From positions 1 through 64,000 of the forward strand of contig JAAILG010000229.1 in assembly GCA_012026655.1 (NCBI GenBank): a DNA stretch of 64,000 bases, read 5' to 3'. The number at the start of each line of letters is the position of its first letter. The stretch's first letter is position 1. Below are positions 1 to 12,399 of the stretch, in pieces. The stretch is from Hydrolagus affinis. Taxonomy: Eukaryota. The notes beneath the pieces are model-generated. The model was not told the DNA's origin, did not search any database, and saw only the letters and a list, made by a program, of their open reading frames with translations. The position numbers were made by a program, and so were the translations under genes.

Positions 1-455
1 AGAAGGTGAGTCAGAGAGAGAAGGTGAGAGAGAAGGGGGGGTGGAGGAGGGGGGTTGGGGGGAAGAGAAGGTGAAATGGAGAGAAGATGAAAGAGCGAAG
101 AGGGGGTGGAGGGGGTTGGGGAGAAGAGAAGGTGAAATAGAGAGAAGGTGAGTCAGAGAGAGATACAGTTACACACAGAGAAAGAAGGATGCAGAGAAGC
201 GACAATAAATTCATGTTATTTATCTTAATCCAAAGAGAGAAGCGTTGTTGCTGGTTGATTGCAACATCACAACTAGGTCCTAGCACTAAATGCTGGCGCA
301 AAGCGACATCGAGGCTGGTTGATGCAACTGGGTCTTAGCGCTAAGTGCTAGTGTTAGTGTTAAAATCCGTGGATAAGCAAGGGTTGTTACAATTAGCAAA
401 CCGTGGATGCGTGAGTTTCGCGGTTGACGATGCCGCTGTTGGAGCGGGGTACCTG
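1..455 (-). mobile_element. Non-autonomous Tigger/pogo-like DNA transposon (MITE), copy A; runs off the window start
   Basis: Terminus GGAGCGGGGTACCTG|TA at 441-457 reads TA+CAGGTACCCCGCTCC on the minus strand (TA target, CAGG terminus). The reverse complement aligns over ~450 bp with 40554-41000; both copies give the chance peptide MNLLSLLCI.LSLCV. A GA-rich low-complexity segment lies at 1-180. Confidence 0.75.
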
Positions 456-599
456 TATTCATGTTTCTTTAATGCATATAATAATAACAGCAGAAATGTT
501 AAAGGAAAAAGTGCAGTGCACAGAGGTTAAAGGATTCCGGCTGCACTGGGAAATATGTATTTTTTCATGCAGAACGGATGATTCTTCACAGGTAAAGAC

Positions 600-1040
600 T
601 GTCAAGTATTCTGATTTTTTGTAAGGAACTGAGGCAGGAGGAATTTTCGCCAAGGAAAATCTTCCTTCTTTTTCATATAGCATCATGGGATCCTGAACGT
701 ACACCTGAACAGGTAGACGGCACTTAATAGTCCAATTTTTGCACCTCTGACAATGCATTCCCTGCCCTAACCTCTGGAACTCCATCCAACAGTCCCTCCG
801 CCTCACTGCCCGCCACCCCCCCCCCCCCGCCCCCCCACCCCCCACTACTCCAAGTCCTCCCCTTTTCTTTCACCCTCCCTGTCCCCAGCTCAGGTCTGAA
901 ACAATAACTGTCCAACACCTTGGGTCGTCCTCCTGACGTGAAAGGTGCTATACAAGTATCATTTTGTTTTGTTGGAGTGTTAGCTTATGGATTTAAGCCC
1001 CAATGCATATCCTCTGACCCAGGGTTTTGAGTCCTCTCAA
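600..1040 (-). mobile_element. Old Deu-domain SINE remnant, interrupted by an L2 3' fragment
   Basis: 'catcatgggatcctgaacgtacacctgaacaggtagacgg' (681-720) is antisense Deu domain. A degenerate antisense head 'cctctgacccagggttttgagt' lies at ~1010-1032. Confidence 0.55.
745..972 (+). mobile_element. L2 LINE 3' end fragment
   Basis: 'ctctggaactccatccaacagtccctccgcctc' (LWNS.P..LR-type C-terminus) and tail 'tgggtcgtcctcctgacgtgaaaggtgctatacaagt' followed by a degenerate (GTT)n. Confidence 0.75.
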
Positions 1041-2439
1041 TATACACAAGCAAGCAAAGCTAAAGAAAACCCTTCTTTTGGGCAAGATAAAAGTCTGTTG
1101 ATGATCATCATAGTAGTTGTCACTACTCATGTGTTCTGCCAATTGACCGCAGCTTTGTATTGCAACATCCATGTGTTACGACAAGATGCCAGCTGGTCTT
1201 ATTTCATTGCTTATTTTCTTTCTTGTTTCATTTCTGTGTTTGATTTTTGCATTCTTTGATAAAAGTCCTTTGTTGGGAAAAATTTGTTTTTTTTAAAAAA
1301 AGATAAAGCCTTTCTTCTGGGGTATTGTCACATCAAGGCACAGAATCCTGTGAAAAGCAACATTACAATAAATCGCATCAACCATCAGAGATTTTGTCTG
1401 TTTTCACCTTAATTACTGAATTTCCTGATGGGTGCAGCTCAGCACCTAGTCAAAAAGATGGGAAATTCTGAAATTTGTAGACAATGCGACCTTCTTTTAA
1501 AGATTCTTTCCTTGAGACTTACCATTATGATCTGACTTCAGTTTTGTCATATACAATTACTCTGACACATACGTTAACAAGCGAGCACTTGACTGTTGCA
1601 TTTAGCAACCTCTCAAGAAGAATAAAGAGTACCTTTTCCATTATGCTCATTTAACAAACCCTTTAAGCAAAGGAACGGAAAGAAATCAAATTGGCATTTG
1701 GAGCCACAAAGACCAAGTCTGATGATTGTGTTCCATTTAAGTATTAAGCATTAAACATTTCTCATCTGCTGTATTTTCAAACTTAACTGACAATTTAACA
1801 TTTGTCATTCATTTTTTCTTGGAATGCGTGCATTTATGTGTGTTGAGCTTTTTTGGGGAGTTACAAATTAAAGTGGACAATTCCTCTGAATGCTCACCCT
1901 GCAATATGTGCCTGTTCATTATTATGGGTGGGTGGAGGAAGACGTGAGCAAAAATGGATTAATGTCAATATGTGGACCCTGTACCCTAAATGTAGTATCC
2001 AAATATATGTGGTGCTCAGCAAATATTTGTTTAAATGGCATCAATTTCCCATATGTGGAACATACACATCAGGTGCTATGTCTGCTGCCATGGAAATAGT
2101 CACTCAGCGACTTGGGAAATCAGAAAGTGTTTGGGGAATATGTTGATAATGCACAGTTTGAGTTAATTTATTGGATTATTATACACCCTTAGATGCACAG
2201 ATAAAACAAAAATAAATATTTTGTTTCTGTGAAGTGTGCATTCTGAAATGGCAATCAGAACATCTATGGAAATGTGGACAACCCATTCGTTACTCACATA
2301 TTGGCATTTTTTAGTGTTGAAATTTAATATAACTATCAACTGTTATAGATTTAACCAAAATTTGGGGATTCATCGTTTGGTAATTAATAAGAAAAATTAG
2401 CATGTTTTGTGTGGGTTAACTCTTAATTCAGAGGCCCTG

Positions 2440-2760
2440 TTCTGTGATTTCTGAACATTTCCTCTGTTTTCAGTTTCTTGGACCCAGTCCCATATTAATT
2501 GTCCCTGGTTCTCATCATTGGAGCATGCAATTGTTCATCACAGTCTTGTTAATTGTCCCATGACTCTTTTGTGGTGCATTCTCATCACCTATAGCTGTTA
2601 TCCTGTATTTTCCCACTTCTGGAGCTGTCCTGATCACTCTTGTTGCTATGTTTTCTACCAGCATCATCACTCTGTTCTGGGTCTTCATGTTGGTCTTATT
2701 CCAAATGCCCAGCACCAGTCTCATTTCAATGGCTCACGTCAGCATCTCACTAACGGTGAT
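2440..2760 (-). pseudogene. Decayed RTE-clade LINE AP-endonuclease N-terminal relic (tentative)
   Basis: Minus-strand peptide LGIWNKTNM...APEVGKYRITAIGDENAPQKSHG resembles RTE N-terminal motifs (GTWNVRTM / EM.RY.L.VLG / GHEEENAPH..G). Recalled similarity only. Confidence 0.35.
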
Positions 2761-3504
2761 TAGCTACTGCTTCTGATTACTCAGCAATCCCTGTCATATT
2801 TCAGAATGTGAATGATCAGTCTGGGATTGTCAGAGAGATCGTGAGCCAAGTGTAATCAATGTGAGTTTTGTTTCTTCCTTTCCTGAAGGCATCTCTTCAT
2901 GTTGCAGCCTGGATCCACTGTCAACATGTGGCATCCAGTACCTTGCCTAGGGGCTCTAGTTAACCTAGAGGTCTAATTATTATTAACTGGGTATCAATGT
3001 ATCTGCAATAACATAGTACTGTACTATGGTTGACAGAATTTACAAATAAATGGATTTGTATTGGTGACAAGACAAATCATCATAATAATGAAATTCAGCA
3101 AAATTATGCTCTGATCCTATTGACATTAGGGTTGGTAGAGAGGGATTATAAGGTTAGTATATGGGGCGTTATTATAAAAGATTATTAGGGGTGAGGCTCA
3201 CTTAGTCTCCTCCTTGAGGGCGTTCAGTACACCCTAAAGAGATGGGAATTGGGCAAGAACATAGAAGAAACTAAAGATATTTGTACTTGTTTTTTTTTCT
3301 TGAAAATTAAATAATTTTCTTAGGATAATCTTAGGATGAGATTTGTGCAACCTTTATACTTCAAATTGCCACAAAAGGCAACCTATCAATTGGGCTTGAA
3401 TAGCAAAAGCTAATTGTGGTAGAGGCAAATCACTATGACCACTTGAGATTGGTTGGCAGCACATTAATTTGCATTGCTGGAATGGAAATCCACGGATGCA
3501 GTTA

Positions 3505-3575
3505 CTAATAATAATATTTCTTGCATTTGCTATAGCGCCTTTCAGGTTGGAAAAATACACCAATGCTTCTTTTGC
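3505..3575 (-). mobile_element. SINE/L2 3' tail fragment
   Basis: 'aataataatatttcttgcatttgctatagcgcctttca' is the antisense of the shared tail 'tgaaaggcgctata..aaatgcaag(att)n'. Confidence 0.7.
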
Positions 3576-4659
3576 AGGAGTTACTGTTGGGTGTAGTGAC
3601 TGTGGCTTTTATCCTGTTGAAGTCGTGTAGCAAGAGATATGTATCAATTGCAAAACTACTTGCTTACTGGTCTACAGCTTTTCTAAACATAATGAAGCAA
3701 ATGTACAAACTTTTTACTGTAGTTTCAAAACTTTGAATGGATTTCTAGATCTAGAGAGTGGCCTGAACACTTACGGGTTTAATTGCCTGCACAATGGCAT
3801 TTATCAAGAGAAAAAAAAACTTGAAATGTTAAGAAGTACTTGTCTGTCGTTACGCTGTTGTTTTATTCAAATGAGTAGTTAGAAAGACATGTAATAGCCA
3901 TCATTCGTGATGTAATTGTTACAACTAAAAGGTTTAAGAGGAACAAGCAATCATATGTTATTTCTCAGCGCCTGTCATCTTTTTGTTCCACAAGTGTAAA
4001 AAAATAACTTCTGAATCATTTATGGTGTTTTAGGTGCGGAAGCTGTACAATGTTAGGAGTTTAAATTTTGTCAATTTTAACAATCTTATGGCTCACAATG
4101 TCTGTGCGTTAGACCTTAGCAAAAGACAATATTTTGTTAACAATGAGGTTTATTATTCATCAGATCACACAGTCTTAATTTGCAATTGTTTGCTTTAACT
4201 GAAGGCTGAATATTTGAGCGAAATTTAGTAAATTCACTTTTTGAAAGTAATTTGTTTTATGCAGCACAAACTAACTGCAGTGCAATTCCAGCCTATGTTT
4301 TGTAATGAATCTCTTATTTTATATTTCATAGCATTTTTTTTCTTAGATGGGTTCAGTTTTGATGTTGGTGGACATCAGGGGATACATTCAGAAATGAAAG
4401 ACTACAGGCCTTCTCAACCTTGACCAACTAGGATGTCAGAGACATTACAATGCATTTGAACAGTAATGCTCGTGGCTCCTTTTTGCTAATTGCACCTTAC
4501 CAGAGTTCTGAATAGCTGTGCACTGCCTTTCTTTTTCACAGTGAGCTACCATCATTTGTAGAGTACCCATATGGGAGCACTTTCTGTGATCTAGAGCATT
4601 TGCAGCCATAATTCTGATTTGGAAAACAAACTGCTTGGAGCTGAGAGTTAATTAGATGC

Positions 4660-5100
4660 AAACTGAGAGTATTTCATGCCATTGAATAAAGTATAGCAAA
4701 TAAATTATCTCCTATTTGCGCAATGCTTTATGGTTGTCAGTTACTAAAGAACCACAGCAGATTCAATTGCTTGTGGCACTTTGCCCTATCGTGGTGTTGC
4801 GTAAGTCAGCTTTGTGACCAGCATTGAAATCGCTCATGTCGTGCAATCACCTCCTCTTAGCCAATCAGGTATTGTCTCTACTTTGCAAAATTTGTTTGAT
4901 TAATTTGATAGCAATTAAGAGATTTATGGTGGATTTCCCTGATATCCTTTAATGAGAGAACATAAAACTGCAAACTGAATCTGCTGATTATATTTGTGTA
5001 ATAGGCAATCTGTCTGTGACAGAGTTTGATGGATGGGATCGTATGACGTCCTTGCCTTGTTTTATACTAGCTGTCAAACCTTAACTGGAACTGAAGTATC
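4660..5100. promoter_or_regulatory. Candidate conserved non-coding element/enhancer with MEIS and PBX-HOX sites
   Basis: TGACAG (5017-5022) lies 4 bp from TGATGGATGG (5027-5036). Also AGATTTATGG (4920-4929) and CTGTCA (5071-5076). Unique, repeat-free context. Conservation not tested. Confidence 0.45.
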
Positions 5101-5775
5101 TGGGTAACAAAAATTGATATAATGACTTAATGCTCCTTATTCTCTTCTAGCTACATCAGTTTAGAGCACTTCTAAGAGAAAAATGTCTGGCAAACATCGG
5201 TGACTCATTCATCAACCAGCTTTCATTAGTATCCTGCCCATAACCTTCTAGGATCACAATAGAAACGAGAATAACATTCTTGCACTGACGTTCCCATGTT
5301 TTCAGTGCAGAAGAAAGGGTTTGGGGTCTGTTACTGTTAGTTTTGAGTGTTTAACTCTTTGGCAATGAATGTCTGGGGGGGAAAAATATCCAACACAATT
5401 TTTCACGTTGAGTGTGCTGCTCACAAAGGCGGTTCCTGCCAGAATGAATGAGCCCCGCACAATCCCAGAATGCTAAGGCGCCACTCGGAGAACTAGCAGA
5501 CTTACCACCATTGGCATAATTAGAGGTTTATTGCCTACTCTGCATTCCCATTGTCAGGCAGCAAACTGTCCCAGGTGTGTAGAGGTTAAAATGAGAAGTA
5601 CCCAGTAGTTATGAAGCAGCAATAATGAGTTTCCTCCTTCTTACCATGGATTTGTGTGATATACAACTTGCAATTAAGCATGGCTTGGTGATTCAGTGAT
5701 TAATGCTTATATGACTCCTAAAGGAGCGCACAGGGCTCCTGTCACATTCTTCATGATGTTTACAGCTATGTACCT

Positions 5776-5907
5776 NNNNNNNNNNNNNNNNNNNNNNNNN
5801 NNNNNNNNNNNNNNNNNNNNNNNNNNNNNNNNNNNNNNNNNNNNNNNNNNNNNNNNNNNNNNNNNNNNNNNNNNNNNNNNNNNNNNNNNNNNNNNNNNNN
5901 NNNNNNN
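5776..5907. other. Assembly gap (132 N)
   Basis: Run of N. Confidence 1.
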
Positions 5908-7429
5908 TATTTAGGATCAGCATGTTGAAAGTCACTCTCGTGATGAAGCAGTGTCTTTTAAACTCAAGGTGAGGGGAGCTCCTGTTTTTATTATAACATA
6001 GTTTATAACCAGATGTCGCAATTGTGGGTGGTGCAGTGCTCACAAGGATTTTTTCTAAAAGTCAAGCACCTTCATTTTTCAAATACTAAGCATCACAATT
6101 CAAGAGTTTTATAAAAATATTTGACCTTCAATTATGTTTTATAACATCTGGGAAGCAAAGATTTTCAAGGTCTACCTTAGAACTCCCGGTAACATTGTAT
6201 GAATGTATCAATCAGCACACCATGTTGCTTAATACATTCCTCACCCCGCCCTTCCTCCACACGTACCGCACACATGAACTTGGTTTAGCAAATTCCATTG
6301 TGGACTTTAATAGGATTCTCTGTTTGTCTAATGTGTAATTCATGTAAGAAGTAGTTAGCAGAAAGTGGAATGCTTGCATGCTAAGTGTAGTGTACTTTAT
6401 GACCTTTCCCTCCAGCCTCTGTTTGATGCCCAGTTTTTAAGTTTCATGAGCTCACTAAACCGTAGCCTTCAATTCCCAGGTCTAGTGTTTTCAGTTAAGA
6501 TCAGGAGTGATGAGCAAAAGGTTTCAGGCTCAATCCTTGAGCAAAGAGCCACTATGACAGGGATTATTATTTATTTGTCATCTTGGATGTAATAAGCTGT
6601 AGGTACAGCATCGCCAGCCCTTGATTTATTGCTCTGTCGACCACCACAAGCAGGACGTCTGCTGTACCATGCAGGATGAATACTGTCCTGTCAGCTCAGT
6701 CGATTTGTCTCTGCCTTAGCTTTCTCATAACATGTTCCCATTTCATGCCAGAATACATAAACAATCTTTCATTATTTTGATGCCTTTTTCATATTTGTTC
6801 TTCACAGAACATAAAGCTTAAATTTATGGGTTTCCTTTACATTATTTCAACATACTATAGCATTTTTTTGAGGGCTTAGGTTTAATGCTTGGAAATTGGA
6901 TGGTAGGTGATTCAGTCATTTTTGCTCACTGATTTTATGGTTATTTAATATCTTAGTGCCGTATACAACAGAAAAATTGCACCAAATACGTGCAGTTAGC
7001 CGCATTACAATTTCATTTTGTGTGCGATTGCCTGATTTGTATATCAACCCTTATTTACGACACCTGCACTTTTGCAAGTCTCTGCTAAACAGGGAAAAAA
7101 AGTCTTAATTGTCTCTTTTTAAAACAAAATGTTATTCATATAAATGCTAACTTCTTAGAGATTTTTTTCTTCCCGCACTATTCAGAGTTAACTATTGAAA
7201 AGGTATCCATTGCAAAATGCCACTCTGCTTCTGTGAATTCGACTCGGGGTTCATGCTTGGGGGCTGGGAGGTACTTAGCTCACAATGCAGAAGCACTGGC
7301 TCTGGCTGGAGAGTTGCTCTGCGACACGACTAAATTAGTACGAGGAATTTGTTTTGCGTCCTAATGAAAGACTGGGCAGGTTGTGGTTACTGGCAGAACT
7401 GTCTGTCGCTTCGGTCTGCTTAGCTACAT

Positions 7430-7900
7430 GTTTGATGGTTGCTCTTTAATCTGTAACTAATGCTGAATGGGCATCAGCAGAAGAGTGCCAAGCAGTGGGA
7501 GAATTAATTTCCGAGCACGTTGATAATTGTATATCACAATCTAATTTTTTAGCTTGAAAATGCGTTAATGACAGGGAAGAAAACAGCAGCCTCCCGTCTC
7601 TCCCAGCACGATACAAACTGTCATTTATTATTTCTCAGCTGGGTATCTATCAAGTTTATGGGTTAATTTTTCCGGAGATTGTTATTTATGGGCTTTTGTT
7701 TGTTTTCAGCCATCATTACTAACAATACGGTTAATAGCAATCATTTGTTATCTGGCACCAGTGGTGATGCTTCAGATGTGGTCAGTGAACTGAGAATACT
7801 CATTTGGTAGCTGAATAAGGCTTTGACAGGGCCCATTTATAACTAGCTCATTCCATAATGTCCATCCTATTAATAAAATTTTGTTGCTGTCTAATTAGAC
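7430..7900. promoter_or_regulatory. Candidate conserved non-coding element/enhancer
   Basis: Dense TAAT/TTTATG homeodomain cores, TGACAG (7569-7574) and CTGTCA (7618-7623), several retained CpGs, and no repeats nearby. Confidence 0.45.
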
Positions 7901-10299
7901 TTGTCTGATGTAAATGGCCTCACAGTGGAGAACATTCTTTTTTCCCTGCACACCCCTCCCTGGTGTTCTGATTGTTCTGTAAGTGCTGCCTCCATTTAAA
8001 ACCAGAAGACGTGGGCGCAGGAATTTACACTCACCTTCCAAACTGCTCTTGACGTAGAGCTTATCAACCCTTAATTAGCGATACATTTTCTCCCTGTGAT
8101 TTCTATTGATATGTGTGAGGGGAGGAGGTTCGGGGAAGAGGAGACAAATTGAGCTGCAGCTTGACGAGTGCAAAAATTGTTTTGGAAATTCAGTGAGTGC
8201 ACTTTGTGCAAGGTGAAGGGTGGCATCGAAAAATCAGGTCCAGTATTAGTGTTTTTGCTGGTCTGTGCAATAGAAAACGACAAGCATCAAGGCCTCAGTC
8301 AGCAGATTGGGGAGACACAGATGGGAGCGGAAAAGCTCCCAAGTGGCAGTAGGATTGCTTGGACGTGATTGCAAGAGCCAGGATGAAGTCAACACTGACA
8401 AAGTGTTGGGATTGATGGATGGATAAAGCCAGGAACTGGATGTGAGAATGGATGAGGGCAGAGGGGAATTTAACACAGACAAACCAAATGAAAGACAGAG
8501 AAGAATTGCCTGCTAAAGTATTCCAGCACACCGATCCCATAGCAATTTAGTTATCGCTAACCGAGCACGCATACCTGCTTTACATCTGCAGAATTGCTTG
8601 CAAAAATATGAATAGATTTACTCTTTCACTTGCTGTTGGAAGAATAAACTCTGATTTGTAATTCTCCGCATTTAAGTACACCACTGCACTTCTGAGGGTG
8701 AATGGGGAAAAAAATATTTATTTTAAGAACTTAGTTTGGCTTGTGCTATCATTTCCTTCATTTGACCTTCGGAGAAGACTGCTGACAGGGGCAGTGAAAA
8801 GTATGATATGAAAAATGAGTGAACAGAGTGAGGTGAGCAGTGAATCAGTCTTGTGTGTGATTAGCTGTGAAATTCCCACAAACAGGTCTCAAAAACGCTT
8901 TTTTCTTTGCCACGTTTCATTTGCAGCCGGTACAGCCGTGGCCAAAATAACCACAGGAGACAACGCAAACTACAGCCCAGAGGTGCTGAAAGATGAGTCC
9001 CGAGTTTAATCAGTGAAAATGGAGGGAAATACAAAATAATTGTAAAGCCTGTAAACTTTTATTGATGTAATACAAATCGCAGAATGATGCACATGATGGC
9101 AAGCATTTCTGAACCAAACAGTTCTTTGGTGATGTATGCAGTATGCTACAGCTTTGCTGTGTAACTGTAATTTGCTGCAGAGCAAAGGCTAATTGCTGGA
9201 AGGTTCAATGTTTTCAAGTTGTTTTTGTTTCCTTTTTATTTCTGCCCACCACGTTTGTACATTCAAGCACCCGAAGTGTTGGCCGCAAAGCCTCTTATGC
9301 CTGAAGGCAATGCTTAACCTCTATGAATTTCCAATTTGTATTGGGGAATAGCTAGTGATTTCTTTTATTTCATAAAATTAATCTTCATCCCTCATTCTCA
9401 AACCATATTCCCAAACTAGGTCTATTTATACCTATCATATCCCGCATTTTAAAAAATATGTCCATATTTCATTTCCGAACAATTATTGCCTCCATTTTAT
9501 ACAAAATAAAGCTGGGAAGAAGGCCATTGTATCAGAGTGGTGCTGAAATAAACAGAACGGCCCCAAACACCTCAGAATGTGCAAGCAGCAGCAATGCCTC
9601 CTTCTATGTATCTCATCCATTCGTACATTTAATATGTCTCCTCCCCTGTTAGAAATGCTACAAAGCTGTTAGATTCGGCCTAGCACTGTTATAAAACAAT
9701 TAAACCCGCAGCTCGGTTCCAGCATTTCACTTGGATTTTAGCGGGTAGCCAAAGTGCAGATTTGCTGGATCTGGCATCGCCTTGACCTTGTCTGTAACCT
9801 ACCACAGCGGTGCGAGTGGACTAGGAAGCTCCAGCTTCAGCATTTTAGAGTGATTTAGCCGAGCACAAAGGCCTTGTTCCTGGGCAAGACATCACATTAT
9901 ATTCCAAAGTACACTTTCATTTAATTTACAACTTAATTTCCAACCTGAATCAGAAGATTGATACTATAATGCTATTTGCAGAAGTATTGAAATGTCAGTA
10001 AGTTTTATTGTGGTAATAAAGAGAATTCCATATATCATTTACTCAATAGAGATCCTTGCTTTTTGCATAGATCTTCATAGCAACAATCCCTGCTAAATGC
10101 TGGCAATCATTAATTTTTTAAGAAGACACAGCCATGATGGGCTTGAGAAATTAAGGCTTCACTAAAGAATGGACTGAAATACTGACATCCTTAGTTTGCT
10201 GCTGCAGGATGCAGTTACGGGCAATGAATAATGAGCCCAACTCCCAGGTTACTAATACTTAAAATACTGGCTGCTCGTAAAAGATTTCGGGGAAAGTGA

Positions 10300-10510
10300 G
10301 ACCATCTTCTGCTTCTTTTTACAAATGGGTATCAGTGGGCCATGAAATAATCGATGTCGATAATCCATCCTCAGGCCTGTCAATATGTTAATGAGTCTTT
10401 CTCATCGTTATTGCAACAAGGCCATAAATCATTCACTGTACCAGACTGTTTAGCAGTGGAAGACACAAACCCTGGCGTGGAATAAAATACTGTCTCTTAA
10501 CGATTAACGT
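10300..10510. promoter_or_regulatory. Candidate enhancer with PBX-HOX + MEIS motif pair
   Basis: CCATAAATCA (10422-10431; TGATTTATGG on minus) lies ~40 bp from CTGTCA (10377-10382). Confidence 0.45.
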
Positions 10511-11918
10511 CTGAACATTTTACTGTTCTGTGTCTTGATTGGTTTAAAATGCCAAAAAAGGGGGAAGGATTGTTAATCAATAAAACAATAAGATGAAGTG
10601 TTTTAATAATAGAAAATAGGAGAGTAAATCACATTGGTTGTGCTTTTAGTGCTGTGTGCTTTGCCGTAAATAATTGGTTACCTTGCTGCCAAACAGTATT
10701 TTATTTGGACATACTTTTTTTTTAACACACAGTCAGGATTTAGAGGAAGGAAAGAGACAAAGAAACACCAGTTCAGTGTAGACATCGAGACAATTAAAAC
10801 AGATATGACTCTTAACAGAACTGGCAACGGCAGCCAGGATGGAAGTAATTTATTCAACGAATTGTCTAAATACATAAGCTGTATCAGTGTTGGATTCAGC
10901 GATGGGATAGTGGAAAATTTGATAGTTGTTTCCTCTCTGTGAATTATTTGGGCAGGATGCCTGTATGAAGTATAGTGAACGTTTAATGTTCTGATAACAG
11001 TTTAGATCCTGTTATGGTTATTGCAGTGTAATGCAGTTGTAAAAATTGAACACGACAAACAAGCAATTTATTATTGTGTGTGTTTTAACCTTGAGCAGCA
11101 GATTGTTTGTCCAACCGTATCCTTTTGATTTACTGTAAAATTATTTTTGATAAAACCATCACACATGCCTCCTAAATGAAATGGATTTAGGTGCAAACCG
11201 TAGATTTAAGCAGAATGGCAACCTAGGCCACAGGGTTTGTGACAGGTATGCTTATGACATTATATGGTAATTCACCATGAAAGAATAATTGTGACACTCT
11301 ACTTTGCGCTGCCGTGCAATCGTGCTGTGAGGTTCAATTCACTGAAAGGCCAAATTATCTTCAACTATATTAGTTTGACAGCCTATAGTGGCTTGCAGAA
11401 GCAATTTTTAGATGTTGCATAGAATGCTAACAAACGTACATCATTATCAATCTATACATTAATACATTTGCAAAATGAAAACTAGCCGGGGAAACATTTT
11501 AGGAATATTGTTCTAGGGATTACAGAAAATTATAATAACCTTGAGTTACTTTAAGCTGCCCACTGCTATTTTGTCCCCCTCCCACCCTCGCCCATCCCCC
11601 ACACCCATGACAGTGGATGGTTAAGAATCAAGTATGGAATGACTAATCGTGTGCAAGATAATTTTTAAAATGAGTGCTGGTTGACCTGTCTGCACAGTGG
11701 TACATGTCCCTATCTCAAAATGGTCCAATTTCAATTTATACTTTTCACATTCATGCAATGAACAGTCAATTCTGTGGATAATCATTATTTTTGTCTAGTT
11801 AATTGTTTGAGGAATTTCTTAGGCCACAACCACATATAGTTAATGCCTTCATCTTAAATCTGTTGAACCACCAGTTGATCAAAGAATGTAAATGGTGGAT
11901 GTCTTCCTGAAATAATAA

Positions 11919-12000
11919 TACAGTAAAAGCCCATTTATCCGGCACACGCTTGGGGGGGTTGACTGTGCCGGATAATCGGGCGGCAAGTTGCCGAAAACCC
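11919..12000 (+). mobile_element. Tigger/pogo-like transposon terminus with subterminal hairpin
   Basis: TA+CAGTAAAAGCCCATTTATCCGGCAC; a perfect 12-bp inverted repeat TTATCCGGCACA / TGTGCCGGATAA. The partner terminus was not found. Confidence 0.6.
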
Positions 12001-12399
12001 AATACAATAAATTTACTTATTTTAAAACCTACTATATTAATAATAAACTAAATAGTAACAGAATATTGTATAGCTACTTACCAATAAAGATTTCAGCACA
12101 CTCGATAAAAAATCGAGAGATGGTGGAGAGAAAAAGAGATGGAAAGACATGACATTCTAGCATTAGCTCAAATCTAGGAAAGAAAAGTCAACGTGTTTAT
12201 GGATGTCTTTTTTATGGGTGGAATAAATGTGGTTTCACCATGTACTACAACATTGTAAAATATTAAACACATTTTTAATTATGTAATATTTAACAACAAA
12301 TGTTTATTTGATTTCATCTAATGTTACTGCCAATTCTGTTGCAAGGCATTTGGCTGCTCTATTAATTATACGTATTATTTGGTTGTGGATTTTTATATG

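Noticed and set aside
5693-6043. ORFs spanning N runs (also 27289-27681 and 41769-42191)
   Set aside because: They are open only because the gaps translate as X.
8815-9009. ATG-initiated 64-aa ORF in the repeat-free block
   Set aside because: No recognisable homology or splice context, and its length is within chance expectation.
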